Assembly: GCA_035577985.1 (NCBI GenBank)
Contig: DATJZY010000025.1
Location: 66,229 to 130,228 of the forward strand
Reading direction: 5' to 3'
DNA: 64,000 nt
From: Candidatus Eiseniibacteriota bacterium
Lineage (GTDB): Bacteria; Desulfobacterota; Binatia; DP-6
A program made the translations under genes and the position numbers. This document shows positions 20,054 to 30,184 of the stretch, piece after piece (within the stretch, counting starts at the first letter, position 1; every line of letters begins with the position of its first letter). The notes under the pieces were generated by a model. The model was not told the DNA's origin. It saw nothing but the letters and a program-made list of their open reading frames with translations, and did no database searches.

Positions 20054-21025
20054 TCACCATGCGTAGGCTTCGGGCGCCTCGCCACCGGGACCCGGCCAGA
20101 TCTCGTCCAGACGCCGCAGCACGCCCTCGTCGAGAACGATCTCGAGCGCCCGCAGGCTTCCGCTGAGCTGCTCCATGGTGCGGGGCCCGATGATGGGCGC
20201 GGTCACGACGGGGTTGTGGAGCGTCCACGCGAGCGCGACGTCGGCGGGCTCGTGGCCGAGCTGCCGGCAGAGCGTCTCGTAGGCTTCGATCTGCGGACGG
20301 TGCTTCTCGAGCTTCTGCGCGACCAGGTCGCGTGACCGCCGGCCCTTGCCGCGATCGCCGAGGACGCCGCCGAGGGCGCCGCTCGCGAGCGGGCTCCACG
20401 GGATGATCCCGATGCCGTACGCCCGGCAGGCCGGAACCACCTCTAGCTCGATCGTGCGCATGGTGAGGTTGTAGAGGCTCTGCTCGGAGACGAGGCCGAG
20501 AAAATTCCGGCGCGCCGCCGCCTCCGTCGCCTGCGCGATCTGCCAGCCCGCGAAGTTGCTCGATCCCACGTAGAGGACCTTGCCCTGCTGGACGAGCAGC
20601 TCCATCGCCTGCCAGACCTCGTCCCACGGCGTCTCCCGATCGATGTGGTGCATCTGGTAGAGATCGATGTGATCGGTCTTGAGGCGCCGCAGGCTGCCCT
20701 CGCACGCCTCGCGGACGTGGCGCGCGGACAGACGCTGGTCGTTCGGACCGCCGCCCATCTTCCCGTAGACCTTGGTCGCGAGGACGACCTTCTCGCGCCG
20801 CCCTCCGCCCTGCGCGAGCCAGCGGCCGATGATCTGCTCGGTGACGCCTTCGCCGGTCTTCCAGCCATAGACGTTCGCGGTGTCGAAGAAGTTGAGGCCC
20901 AGCTCGAGCGCCTTGTCCATGATCGCATGGCTGTCGGGCTCGGTGGTGTACGGCCCGAAGTTCATGGTGCCGAGGCAGAGACGGCTCACGCGCAGGCCGG
21001 TGCGACCCAGACGAGCGTAGTCCAT
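20054..21025 (-). CDS. Aldo/keto reductase
   Basis: MDYARLGRTGLRVSRLCLGTMNFG N-terminus, catalytic tetrad context (D..Y..K..H), IIPWSPLASG; 323 aa. Confidence 0.9.
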   Translation of the reverse strand: MDYARLGRTGLRVSRLCLGTMNFGPYTTEPDSHAIMDKALELGLNFFDTANVYGWKTGEGVTEQIIGRWLAQGGGRREKVVLATKVYGKMGGGPNDQRLSARHVREACEGSLRRLKTDHIDLYQMHHIDRETPWDEVWQAMELLVQQGKVLYVGSSNFAGWQIAQATEAAARRNFLGLVSEQSLYNLTMRTIELEVVPACRAYGIGIIPWSPLASGALGGVLGDRGKGRRSRDLVAQKLEKHRPQIEAYETLCRQLGHEPADVALAWTLHNPVVTAPIIGPRTMEQLSGSLRALEIVLDEGVLRRLDEIWPGPGGEAPEAYAW

Positions 21026-21068
21026 GGCCTGCGCTTAGCGCACGCGCGCGGCCGACGATACCCCGCCG

Positions 21069-21563
21069 TCAGGCGGCGTCGGCGAGCGCCATGCGCGCGA
21101 TGACGGGGGTCACGACCATCCCCAGCACGGCGGCGAAGAGCGCCTTGAAGGCGATGAAGCCGCCGAACGTCATCGGGCCGACGTCGGCCGCGCCCATCAT
21201 CCAGGTCGCTGGGATCCCGACCACGGCGATGCACGCGATCCCGAGCAGCGTGCCGCGTCCCGCGAGGCTCGCCGGCAGCCGGCGCAGCAGCGACGGACCC
21301 GCCCAGGGGAGCGGCGGCACGCGGCCGCTGCGCACCTGGCTGCGCACGATGCGGCTCGCGATGAGGGTCGTGAAGAACGGCAGGAAGAACGTCGTTCCGA
21401 TCGTGTCGCCGCCGATGCTCTGTTGGCCCCACAGCGGCACCGTCGTCGCACCGCGGAACGTCGCCCAGGCGATCGCGGCATTGAGCAGGAGGTTCACGAC
21501 GCCGGCGCCGATGCCCTGGTCGAGGATCAGGTAGCGCCGGTGGGTGGGAGACATGCGGGGCAT
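21069..21563 (-). CDS. Hypothetical integral membrane protein (about 4 TM)
   Basis: Hydrophobic segments; no recognisable motif. Confidence 0.45.
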   Translation of the reverse strand: MPRMSPTHRRYLILDQGIGAGVVNLLLNAAIAWATFRGATTVPLWGQQSIGGDTIGTTFFLPFFTTLIASRIVRSQVRSGRVPPLPWAGPSLLRRLPASLAGRGTLLGIACIAVVGIPATWMMGAADVGPMTFGGFIAFKALFAAVLGMVVTPVIARMALADAA

Positions 21564-21628
21564 ATGGCGTACCCCCGCCGCCCCTGTCCAGCGCGATCCC
21601 CTCGTGCCTTGACGGACCTCGGCGTCAC

Positions 21629-23119
21629 GTGGACCCTGCGGCGGTGGCGGAGAATGGAGGGGTCACGGCCGTCGTGCTCGGCGGCAGCGTCGCCGGGCTC
21701 GCGACGGCCCGCCTGCTCGCGCGGCATTTCGACCGCGTGATCGTGCTCGAGCGCGACGTCCGTCCCGAGGTCGACGGACCCGAGACGGCCTTCGCATCGT
21801 GGCAGCGTCCTGGCGTTCCGCAGTTCCGCCATTCCCACGCATTCCTCGCCCGGCTGCGGCTCGTGCTCCTGGCGCACATGCCGGACGTGCTCGAGCGCCT
21901 GCGCACCGCGGGCGTGCGCGAGATCCAGCTCGCCGAGACCGTGCCGCCCGGCATGACGTGGGCGCCCGCGCCCGGCGACGACGACGTGGTGCTGCTCGCC
22001 TGTCGCCGTGCGACGTTCGAGTGGGCACTGCGCGAGAGCGTGCGCGCCCTGCCGACCGTCGAGTTGCGCGAGGGCGTCGGCGCGGCGGGTCTCACGGCGA
22101 TCGGCCGCGACGGGAGCCGTCCGCAGGTGAGCGGCGTGCGTCTCGACGACGACGGCGTGCTCCCCGCAGCGCTCGTCGTCGATGCGAGCGGGCGGCGCTC
22201 GCGCGCCGTGCAGTGGCTGGAGGCACTCGGCACGGCGCGGCCACGCGAGAAGTCGAGCGACACCGGCATCCTCTACTACACGCGTTTCTACCGCCTCCTG
22301 CACGGCAAGCCGCCGACCGGCGGCACGGGGCTCGTCGCGGGCGACGTCGGCTGGGTGAAGCTGGCGATCTTCCCCGGCGACCACGGCACGTTCTCGATCA
22401 CCGTCGGTCCGCCGGTCGACGACGCGGCGTTGAAGCGCCTCGGCGATCCGGAGCAGTTCGAGCGCTTCGTGGGCGCCTTCCCCACGATCGCGCCGTGGCG
22501 CGCTCCCGGCACCTCGGAGCCCATCTTCGGCCGCTCGACGCCCGTCCTCGTCATGGGCCAGCTCCGAAATCGCCTCCGCCACTTCGTCGACGACGAGGGG
22601 CCGCTCGCGCCCGGCTTCGTCGCGGTCGGCGACGCGGCCTACCACTCGAATCCGATCTACGGCCGCGGCTGTCCGTCGGCGCTCATGATGGTCGAGCTGC
22701 TCGACGAGGCGATCGGCCGCCATCCCGACGATCCGATCGCGATGGGCCGCCACTACCATGCGGCGTGCGAGACGCACGTGCGGCCGTTCTGGGACGCGGC
22801 GGTCGGATCCGATCGCCGGATGCTCGGCGAGCGCCGCCGCCTCGCGACCAACGGCCGAGCGGCGCTCGTGCAGATGGCCGAAGAGGCGTTCGCCTGGCTC
22901 TTCGACCGCGGCATCGGTCCCGCGACGCGCGTCGATCCGGTCGTCTTCCGCGGGCTCCTGCGCGTCTTCCACATGCTCGACGTGCCCGAGCAGCTCCTGC
23001 TCAACCCCGAGATCGTCCTGCGCTCGCTGCCCGTGCTGGCGCGCGTGCTGCGGGGCGACGTTCCGCCGCAGCAGTTCCCGCCGATCGGGCGCGAGCAGGT
23101 GCTCGCACGGCTCGGGTAG
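21629..23119 (+). CDS. FAD-dependent oxidoreductase/monooxygenase
   Basis: N-terminal dinucleotide-binding motif VVLGGSVAGLATARLL; GD motif region (VAVGDAAYHSNPIYGRG). Confidence 0.7.
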   Translation: MDPAAVAENGGVTAVVLGGSVAGLATARLLARHFDRVIVLERDVRPEVDGPETAFASWQRPGVPQFRHSHAFLARLRLVLLAHMPDVLERLRTAGVREIQLAETVPPGMTWAPAPGDDDVVLLACRRATFEWALRESVRALPTVELREGVGAAGLTAIGRDGSRPQVSGVRLDDDGVLPAALVVDASGRRSRAVQWLEALGTARPREKSSDTGILYYTRFYRLLHGKPPTGGTGLVAGDVGWVKLAIFPGDHGTFSITVGPPVDDAALKRLGDPEQFERFVGAFPTIAPWRAPGTSEPIFGRSTPVLVMGQLRNRLRHFVDDEGPLAPGFVAVGDAAYHSNPIYGRGCPSALMMVELLDEAIGRHPDDPIAMGRHYHAACETHVRPFWDAAVGSDRRMLGERRRLATNGRAALVQMAEEAFAWLFDRGIGPATRVDPVVFRGLLRVFHMLDVPEQLLLNPEIVLRSLPVLARVLRGDVPPQQFPPIGREQVLARLG

Positions 23120-23188
23120 GCACCTGCTCGGGCTCGTTGACGGCCGTTCCCGGCCCGCGCTAGACGCCGCGGCGGGGGCGAGACTGGC

Positions 23189-23743
23189 ATGTCGACGTAT
23201 GGGCCCGTGGCCGCGCTGGCCCTCTCGACCTCCGCGGCCGTCATCCTTGCCACCGGTTGCGACCTTCGAAGCGATCGCATGCGACCGTCCGTCGGCCCCC
23301 CCGCCACGGGCCTCGGCGCGCACGTCGTTCGCACCGTCGAGGTCTCGTCGGCCCTCTCGATGCCGTCGCTGCGCGTGGTCACGCCGGAGATGCTGCGCGA
23401 CGTGCTGCAACGCGCCCTCACCGACGCCGGCGCGTACGGCGCCGGCGGCCGCTACGTGCTGCACACGAAGATCGTGAGGCTCGAGGGCGGCGGATCGGGC
23501 ATCGGCTTCAACCGCTACGCGCTCGTCGCGATCGACAATCGGCTCGTGGACGATCGCGATCCCGCTTGGAACTGGCACGACGAGGCGTCGGCGAGTCCGG
23601 GCATGCTCCCCATTCCCGGGCAGACGTTCGCCGGGATGGATGCGCAGCGCGAGGCGTTCGAGGCGGCGGTGAGCAACGTAGCCGGCCAGACCGCACGCGC
23701 CGTGCGTGACACGCTCGAGCGTCGATCCAAGGAGAGCCCATGA
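23189..23743 (+). CDS. Hypothetical lipoprotein
   Basis: Signal peptide with lipobox ILATGC; ATGA overlap with the following giant gene. Confidence 0.55.
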   Translation: MSTYGPVAALALSTSAAVILATGCDLRSDRMRPSVGPPATGLGAHVVRTVEVSSALSMPSLRVVTPEMLRDVLQRALTDAGAYGAGGRYVLHTKIVRLEGGGSGIGFNRYALVAIDNRLVDDRDPAWNWHDEASASPGMLPIPGQTFAGMDAQREAFEAAVSNVAGQTARAVRDTLERRSKESP

Positions 23744-26700
23744 CGAAACCCCTGTCGATCGCCGCGCTCTGGGTTGCCCTTCTCCTGCCGAGGCCGATCG
23801 TCGCCGCCACCATCACGGTCGCCACGACCGACGACACGAACGCGGTCGCCTGCACGCTGCGCGACGCGATCACGGCCGCCAACACCGACGCCGTGAGCGG
23901 CGCGTGCCCGGCCGGGGCCGGTGACGACACGATCGACCTCAGCGGTCTCGGCGGAACGATCCTGCTCGGAGCCGCGCTCCCCGGGATCACGACGAACATG
24001 ACCCTGCGTGGTCCGGGAGCGCACGTCCTCACCATCAGCGGACAGGACAGCGTGCAGGTCTTCGTCGTGACGGGCCCGACCGTCACGATCTCCGACGTGA
24101 CGATCGCGCACGGCCTCGCTGCCGGCTCTGGTCGGGGCGGCGGTGTCGAGACCCTCGCGGGCTCGGTCGCCCTCACGCTGTCGCGCGTCGTGATCACACT
24201 CTCTCAGGGCTTCAACGGCGGTGGGATCGCGAACGACGGGGGCGGAACCATGACGATCGTCGACAGCGCGATCGTCGGCAACACCACGACCGGCAACGCC
24301 GGCGCGGGCATCTTGAGCGCCCATTCTTCGACGCTCGTCCTCACCAACACGACCGTGGCCGGGAACACCAACACGGGATTGGACCGCGCGGGCGCGGGAC
24401 TCCTGCTCTCTCGTGGCACGGCGACGATCACCAACTGCACCTTCGCCAACAACGTTGGCACGAGCACGGGCGGGTGGGAGATCATGAACCTGGTCCCGAT
24501 GGAGGACCCCGTCGGTACCCTGCATTTGAAGAACACGATCGTCGCCAACCAGTCCGGCCACGGCTGCCTCGGGCCGATCACGTCGGGCGGCCACAACCTC
24601 TCCGACGACACGACCTGCGCGCTCGCGGGCCCCGGCGATCTCCAGGGCGTCGCCGCGGGCCTCAGCGCACTCGGCGACCACGGCGGTCCGACGCCGACTC
24701 TGGCGCTCGTCGCCGGGAGCCCGGCGATCGACGCCGGAGATGCGGCCGCGTGTCCCCCCGCCGACCAGCGCGGGGTCGGCCGGCCGGTCGACGGCGACGC
24801 CAACGGAAGGGCCGGCTGCGACATCGGCGCCTACGAGGTCGGCTGCGGCGACGGGATCCCTCCGAACAGCCGGTGCGCGCCCGACGCGAATCCATGTACC
24901 GACGACGTGTGCGACGCCCTCGGCGCGTGCCAGCATCCGACTGCCGCGACCGGAGCGCCCTGCGACGATGGGGACCACTGCACGCTCGGCGACACCTGCG
25001 CGAGCGGCGTCTGCTCGGCCGGCACGACCCCGGGGTGCCCGGCAGTGGGAAGCCTCACCTACCGCACCTGCATCACCGGCGAGCTCGAGACGGGCCCGGC
25101 GGGAACGAACGCGTGCACGCAGATCGCCGGCGCCACCTCGGTCGCCCAGCACTCGGGTCTCGACAACCTGCGATCGGTGACCGAGAGCGCGGACGGGATC
25201 TCGCTGTACGTCACGTCCGGCAACGACGACGCCGTCGCACGCTTCGACCGGGATCCCACGACCGGAGCGCTCGCGTACCAGGGGTGCATCTCGGGCGCGA
25301 TCGAGACCGGCCCCACGGGCACGAGCGCCTGCGCGCAGATCCCGAGCGCCACCACGGCCGGACAGAGCTCCGGGCTCGATTTGCCGCAGGCGATCGCGCT
25401 CAGCCCGGACGGGAAGTCGCTCTACACCGCGTCCCTCACGGACGACGCGGTCGCCCGTTTCGACCGGGACACCGCGACGGGTGCCCTCACCTACCGCGAC
25501 TGCCTCACCGGGAAGTCCGAGGCGAACGACACCGCCTGTACCAAGATCCCGAGCGCGAGCTCGTCGGGCATCGATTCGGGTCTCGACTCCCTGTCGGCTC
25601 TGGTGGTGAGCACGGACGGAAAGTCGCTCTACACGGTCTCGCGCGACGACGACGCCGTCGCGCGCTTCGATCGCGACACGGCGACCGGCGCCCTCACCTA
25701 CCAGGGCTGCATCACCGGCGAGACCGAGAGCGGGCCCGCCGGCACGGGCGCGTGTGTGCAGATCGGGAGCGCCGCCTCGGGGGGCGCGAACTCCGGGCTC
25801 GATGACCTCTTCTCGCTGGCAGTCAGCGCGGACGGGAAGTCCCTGTACGCCGTCTCCCTATTGGACGATGGGGTCGCTCGCTTCGCCCGCGATCCGGGGG
25901 CGGGCGCCCTCGTCTACCAGGGCTGCATCAGCGGCGAGATCGAGAGCGGCCCCACCGGCACCGGCGCCTGCGCCCAGATCGGCGCCGCGGCGTCGTCGGG
26001 CGTCAACTCCGGGCTCGATGCGCTCTACGCGATCGTCGTCAGCCCCGACGACAAGTCGGTCTACACGGTCTCGCAGGAGGACGACGCCGTCGACCGCTTC
26101 GACCGCGATCCGGGAAACGGCGCGCTCACCTACCAGGGCTGCATCACCGGCGAGACCGAGAGCGGTCCGGCAATCCCGATCCCAGGCACCGGTGCGTGCG
26201 TCGAGATCGCGAGCGCCACCTCGCGCGGAACGAACTCGGGACTCGACAAGCTGCGCTCGATGGCGGCGAGCCCGGACGGGACGTCGCTCTACGTCGCCTC
26301 GCCGCAGGACGACACGATCGCGCACTTCGTGCGTGACCCCATGAGCGGTGCGCTCACCTACGAGAGCTGCATCACGGCGGAGGCAGAGACCGGCCCTACG
26401 GGGACGAACGCCTGTGCCCAGATCCCGAGCGCAACCTCGTTCGGCACGAACTCCGGCGTCGACAATCCGCAGGCATTCCTCGTGAGCCCCGTCGGGCTCC
26501 AGCTCTACACGAGCTCCGGGAACGACGCGGCCGTGGCGCGCTTCGACCGCGAGCCCGAGCCGCCGCCCACGACGACGACCACGACGCTGCCCGGGCAGGC
26601 GATCCGCGGCAAGCTCCTCCTCATCGTCGACGGCACCGACGCCAAGAAGCGCAAGATCGTCTTCAAGGCGAAGGATGCGAGCATCGACACCAGCGCGGGC

Positions 26701-27108
26701 AGCGGCATCGATCCGGTCACGGACGGGGCCGTGTTCCAGGTCTTCAACGATGCGGGCACGGGGGACTCGGCCTGCTTCGATCTTCCCGCGGCCGGATGGA
26801 CGAGGAAGGGCAAGCCGGCCAAGCCGACGTTCCGCTATCGGGACAAGAAGTTCGCGATGGGTCCCTGCAGCCTCACGACCGTCCAGGACGCCAAGTCGCT
26901 CGTGGTCGTGTGTCAGGCGAAGGTGCGGCCGATCGACTACTCGCTCGACCAGCCCGCACAGCAGCGGGTGGGCGTGCGCTTTCGCAGCGGCGGTACCGAG
27001 TACTGCACGGTCTTCGGGGGCAAGGTCCTGAAGGACAAGCAGAAGACAAAGTTCCGGGCGAAGAACGCGCCGGCGGCGTGTCCGGCGGCGCCCGTCGCCT
27101 GTCCCTGA
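23740..27108 (+). CDS. Giant secreted multidomain protein: right-handed beta-helix (ending CDIGAYE) + Myxococcus-type Cys-rich repeat + about 10 beta-propeller repeats + Thr-rich linker + C-terminal domain
   Basis: Signal peptide MTKPLSIAALWVALLLPRPIVA; GGGIANDGGGTMTIVDSAIVGNTTTGNAGAGI beta-helix repeats; PDANPCTDDVCDALGAC; repeats SPDGKSLYxxSxxDDAVARFDRDxxTGALTYQGCITGExESGPxGTGAC. Confidence 0.75.
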   Translation: MTKPLSIAALWVALLLPRPIVAATITVATTDDTNAVACTLRDAITAANTDAVSGACPAGAGDDTIDLSGLGGTILLGAALPGITTNMTLRGPGAHVLTISGQDSVQVFVVTGPTVTISDVTIAHGLAAGSGRGGGVETLAGSVALTLSRVVITLSQGFNGGGIANDGGGTMTIVDSAIVGNTTTGNAGAGILSAHSSTLVLTNTTVAGNTNTGLDRAGAGLLLSRGTATITNCTFANNVGTSTGGWEIMNLVPMEDPVGTLHLKNTIVANQSGHGCLGPITSGGHNLSDDTTCALAGPGDLQGVAAGLSALGDHGGPTPTLALVAGSPAIDAGDAAACPPADQRGVGRPVDGDANGRAGCDIGAYEVGCGDGIPPNSRCAPDANPCTDDVCDALGACQHPTAATGAPCDDGDHCTLGDTCASGVCSAGTTPGCPAVGSLTYRTCITGELETGPAGTNACTQIAGATSVAQHSGLDNLRSVTESADGISLYVTSGNDDAVARFDRDPTTGALAYQGCISGAIETGPTGTSACAQIPSATTAGQSSGLDLPQAIALSPDGKSLYTASLTDDAVARFDRDTATGALTYRDCLTGKSEANDTACTKIPSASSSGIDSGLDSLSALVVSTDGKSLYTVSRDDDAVARFDRDTATGALTYQGCITGETESGPAGTGACVQIGSAASGGANSGLDDLFSLAVSADGKSLYAVSLLDDGVARFARDPGAGALVYQGCISGEIESGPTGTGACAQIGAAASSGVNSGLDALYAIVVSPDDKSVYTVSQEDDAVDRFDRDPGNGALTYQGCITGETESGPAIPIPGTGACVEIASATSRGTNSGLDKLRSMAASPDGTSLYVASPQDDTIAHFVRDPMSGALTYESCITAEAETGPTGTNACAQIPSATSFGTNSGVDNPQAFLVSPVGLQLYTSSGNDAAVARFDREPEPPPTTTTTTLPGQAIRGKLLLIVDGTDAKKRKIVFKAKDASIDTSAGSGIDPVTDGAVFQVFNDAGTGDSACFDLPAAGWTRKGKPAKPTFRYRDKKFAMGPCSLTTVQDAKSLVVVCQAKVRPIDYSLDQPAQQRVGVRFRSGGTEYCTVFGGKVLKDKQKTKFRAKNAPAACPAAPVACP

Positions 27109-27186
27109 GCTGCGCGCAGGGCCTCGCGATCCTCACCGCGCGCCTGCCCTTTCTGCTTGCCCGCGAGGGGGATCCGGATAGGCTGT

Positions 27187-28059
27187 ATGGAGGTGAGACG
27201 TCGCCCCGGAATCGCGCTGTCCCTCATCGCTCTCGCCGCCGTGGCTCTCGGGCCGCGGCGGGCGGCCGCCGCGCCGATCCAGCCGGCGCTGCCGGCCTAC
27301 GCGATTCTCGGGGTCGCGAACGTGATGCTGCGCCCGCAGGTGCGCGTGCAGTCGGGCTCCGTCGCGTCCGCGGGCGGTGAGCTGCGCCTCGCGGCGCACG
27401 TCACCGTTTCCGGCAGCGCCGTCGCCGACGTCGTGCGCATGGGCAACGGCGCGAAGGTCGATCCGATCTTCTGTCGCCTGGTGACGGGCGCCGTGTTCGG
27501 GCGCGGCGTGGTCGGCGGCCCGTCGGTTCAGGGCGCGACCGTACCCGCGTGCCAGCCGCTCGTAGCGCCGGTCGTCGACCCGGCGCTCCTCGCGCCCGTG
27601 GCCGTGACGCCGGGAACGACGGACGTGCGCGTGCCGGCGCGCACCGGCACGGCGCCGTATCCGCCGGGCAGCTACGGGGCGATCGTCGTCGGTCCCGGCT
27701 CGCTCCTGCAGCTCGCGGGTGGCGACTTCCAGGTGAGATCCATCACGATCGCCCCCCGGGGGCGAGTCGTGTGCGCCGACCTGTGCCGCATCGGCGTGCT
27801 CGAGAGCGTCGTCCTGCGGCGGGGCGCGCAGATCGGCGCGGCGGCCCCGATGCGGGCGCACAACGCGCGCATCGACATCGCGGGCGGCTCCGACGTGCCG
27901 GTCTTCGTCGCGGGCGCGCAGAGCACCGTCGCCGCGACCATCTTCGCCCCTGCGGGCGACATCGTGCTCGGACGCGCCGGGTCGTTTCGCGGCGCGTTCG
28001 TCGGTCGTACCGTGAAGGTGAAGCCACGCGCCACCGTGCGCGGCGACAGCGCGCTCTGA
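27187..28059 (+). CDS. Hypothetical secreted protein
   Basis: MEVRRRPGIALSLIALAAVALGPRRAAAAP signal peptide; Ala/Gly/Val-rich beta-type sequence; no assignable family. Confidence 0.5.
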   Translation: MEVRRRPGIALSLIALAAVALGPRRAAAAPIQPALPAYAILGVANVMLRPQVRVQSGSVASAGGELRLAAHVTVSGSAVADVVRMGNGAKVDPIFCRLVTGAVFGRGVVGGPSVQGATVPACQPLVAPVVDPALLAPVAVTPGTTDVRVPARTGTAPYPPGSYGAIVVGPGSLLQLAGGDFQVRSITIAPRGRVVCADLCRIGVLESVVLRRGAQIGAAAPMRAHNARIDIAGGSDVPVFVAGAQSTVAATIFAPAGDIVLGRAGSFRGAFVGRTVKVKPRATVRGDSAL

Positions 28060-28099
28060 TCGCTTGAACCGTCGTTCCGACATGGACTAGGAGCGACCG

Positions 28100-30184
28100 G
28101 TGCGCGTCGGGCTCCGAGCCGTTGCCGCGGCTGCCGCCGGCTACGCGATCGTCGCGTACTGGACGTTCCGGCCGACGCCGTCCGGCCTCGCGCACACGAT
28201 CCCCGCGTTCTCGGGGCTCGCCGGCGATGCGCTGTTCCATACCTGGGGGACGAACCACGTCTCCCGCACGATCCTCGTCGATCCGCTCCACCTCTTCGAA
28301 GCCGGCATCTTCCATCCGGCCAGGCACACGCTCGCCTACGGCGACCACATGATCGGCGAAGGGCTCCTCGGCCTGCCGATCTGGCTCGCGACCGGCAATC
28401 CGCTGCTCGAGTTCAACCTGCTGACGCTCGCCTCCTTCGTGCTCTGCGCGACGACGGCGTTCCGGTATCGTCGCGAGACGGGCGGCGGCCTCGCAGGCGC
28501 CGTCGCGACGGGGCTCGTGTTCTCGTTCACGCCGTTTCGGCTGAACTCGCCGATGTGGCCCCAGGTGCTGCTCACGTTCGCGATGCCGCTCGCGGTCGCC
28601 GCGTGGCTGCGCTGGGTGCAGGGCGGACGCGGGCGCGACCTCGCTGCGTGGGTCGGCTGGTGGGTCGTGCACTCGCTCATGGGCATGTACCTCGCCTTCT
28701 ACTTCGCGGTCGTGATGGGGGTCCTGGCGCTCGCGGCGATCGCGATCGCGCCCGCCGGCGGCCGCGCGCGCATCGCGCGCGGAACGGTGATCGCAGGTCT
28801 CGGAACCGCCGCGCTGCTCGCGCCGACCCTGTGGCCGTACGTCGTCCTGCGGGCAACGCAGAGCCACGTCCGTACGGCAGGTCTCGGGACGCAGTGGACC
28901 TTCCTTCTGCCGGGGCCGGGGACCTTGAGCGGCACGCTCGCCGGCTTCGACGGCCGGATCGGCGACGCGATCGTGTCCTTCGGACCCGGCCTGCTCACGA
29001 GTGCGCTCGTCGCGGCCGGCCTCGTGGTCGCGCGCCGGCGTGCGGCGACGTCCTGGGAGCGGTTCGTCTGGGTCGCGAACGTGCTCGGGCTCGCGATCGC
29101 CCTCGCGATCATGTTCGTGCCGATCGAGCTGCAGCTCCGCCTGCCCGGCTTCGACATGATGCGGATGACGAACCGCGCCTTCCACGTCGGCCTCCTGTTC
29201 GCCGCCTGGTTCGCCGGGGCTGCCGTCGACGCCGTCGTCGCGCTCGGGCCGGCGCGCGTGCCGCGCGTCGCCATCGCGACGATTCTCGTGGCGTTGCTCG
29301 CCCTCGACGCCGGCGCCGCGCCGACCGAGCGCCGGCGCATGCCGGTCGCGTCGGACCTGCCGCCAATCTACGAGGCCGTCCGCGGGCTGCCCGATCGCGT
29401 GCTGTACGAGCGCACCGACGAGATCGAGGGCGCAGCGCGCGCCCTCTACTTCTCCATCTTCCACGGCAAGGCGCTGGTGAACGGGTACAGCGGCTTCACC
29501 AGCCCCGGCCCCACGTTCGCGGTCCAGCGCCTGTTCGAGTTCCCCGCCGAACCCGCGCGCGCGCTCCTCGCGACACTCGGCGTGCACGCCGTCCTCGTCC
29601 GCGACATCTCGCCCGCCGCGCTCGATCGGCGTCTGGCGGCGCTGCCCAGCACGGGTACGCAGATCGTCGCCCGCGACGGTGCCGCCGCGCTCGTGCGTGT
29701 CGACGAGCCGGCGCCGAGCCCGCCGCCGGCGGCCGTCCCGCTCGCGCGCGCGGGACGGGCGCTCAGCGCAAGCGGCAACCGGGAGGCCCTCGCCGCCCTC
29801 GAGGACGACGACCCGCGAACCGTCTGGCAGCTCGCGGTCGAGCGCGGCGCCGTCCCGTCGCTCACGATCGACCTCGGCGTCGCCCGCATGGTGGCCGGCG
29901 TGCGCTGCGTCGGCGGCTCGCTCGACTCCGTCGGCGTCTACCTCGCCGACGTCGAGACGTCGGTCGACGGCACCGAGTGGACGCCGACCGGCGCGCGCTT
30001 CGACCCCGACTCGCTCCCGGCGCTGTTCGCGCATCCGGCGGACGTCCGCTGGTGGGACGCGCGCTTCACGCCCCGTCCCGCCCGCTGGGTGCGGCTGACG
30101 AACGCCCGCCTCGGCAACCGCACCGGCACGTGGGAGCTGGCCGAGGTGGACGTGTTGACGCTCGCGGAGGGATCGTCCCGGTGA
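28100..30184 (+). CDS. Polytopic membrane protein, GT-C-like (YfhO/PMT-like topology) with C-terminal discoidin (F5/8 type C)-like domain
   Basis: More than 10 predicted TM helices in the N-terminal 400 aa with a first-loop acidic motif (AYGDHMIGEG); C-terminal DDDPRTVWQ...WVRL discoidin-like region. Confidence 0.5.
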   Translation: MRVGLRAVAAAAAGYAIVAYWTFRPTPSGLAHTIPAFSGLAGDALFHTWGTNHVSRTILVDPLHLFEAGIFHPARHTLAYGDHMIGEGLLGLPIWLATGNPLLEFNLLTLASFVLCATTAFRYRRETGGGLAGAVATGLVFSFTPFRLNSPMWPQVLLTFAMPLAVAAWLRWVQGGRGRDLAAWVGWWVVHSLMGMYLAFYFAVVMGVLALAAIAIAPAGGRARIARGTVIAGLGTAALLAPTLWPYVVLRATQSHVRTAGLGTQWTFLLPGPGTLSGTLAGFDGRIGDAIVSFGPGLLTSALVAAGLVVARRRAATSWERFVWVANVLGLAIALAIMFVPIELQLRLPGFDMMRMTNRAFHVGLLFAAWFAGAAVDAVVALGPARVPRVAIATILVALLALDAGAAPTERRRMPVASDLPPIYEAVRGLPDRVLYERTDEIEGAARALYFSIFHGKALVNGYSGFTSPGPTFAVQRLFEFPAEPARALLATLGVHAVLVRDISPAALDRRLAALPSTGTQIVARDGAAALVRVDEPAPSPPPAAVPLARAGRALSASGNREALAALEDDDPRTVWQLAVERGAVPSLTIDLGVARMVAGVRCVGGSLDSVGVYLADVETSVDGTEWTPTGARFDPDSLPALFAHPADVRWWDARFTPRPARWVRLTNARLGNRTGTWELAEVDVLTLAEGSSR

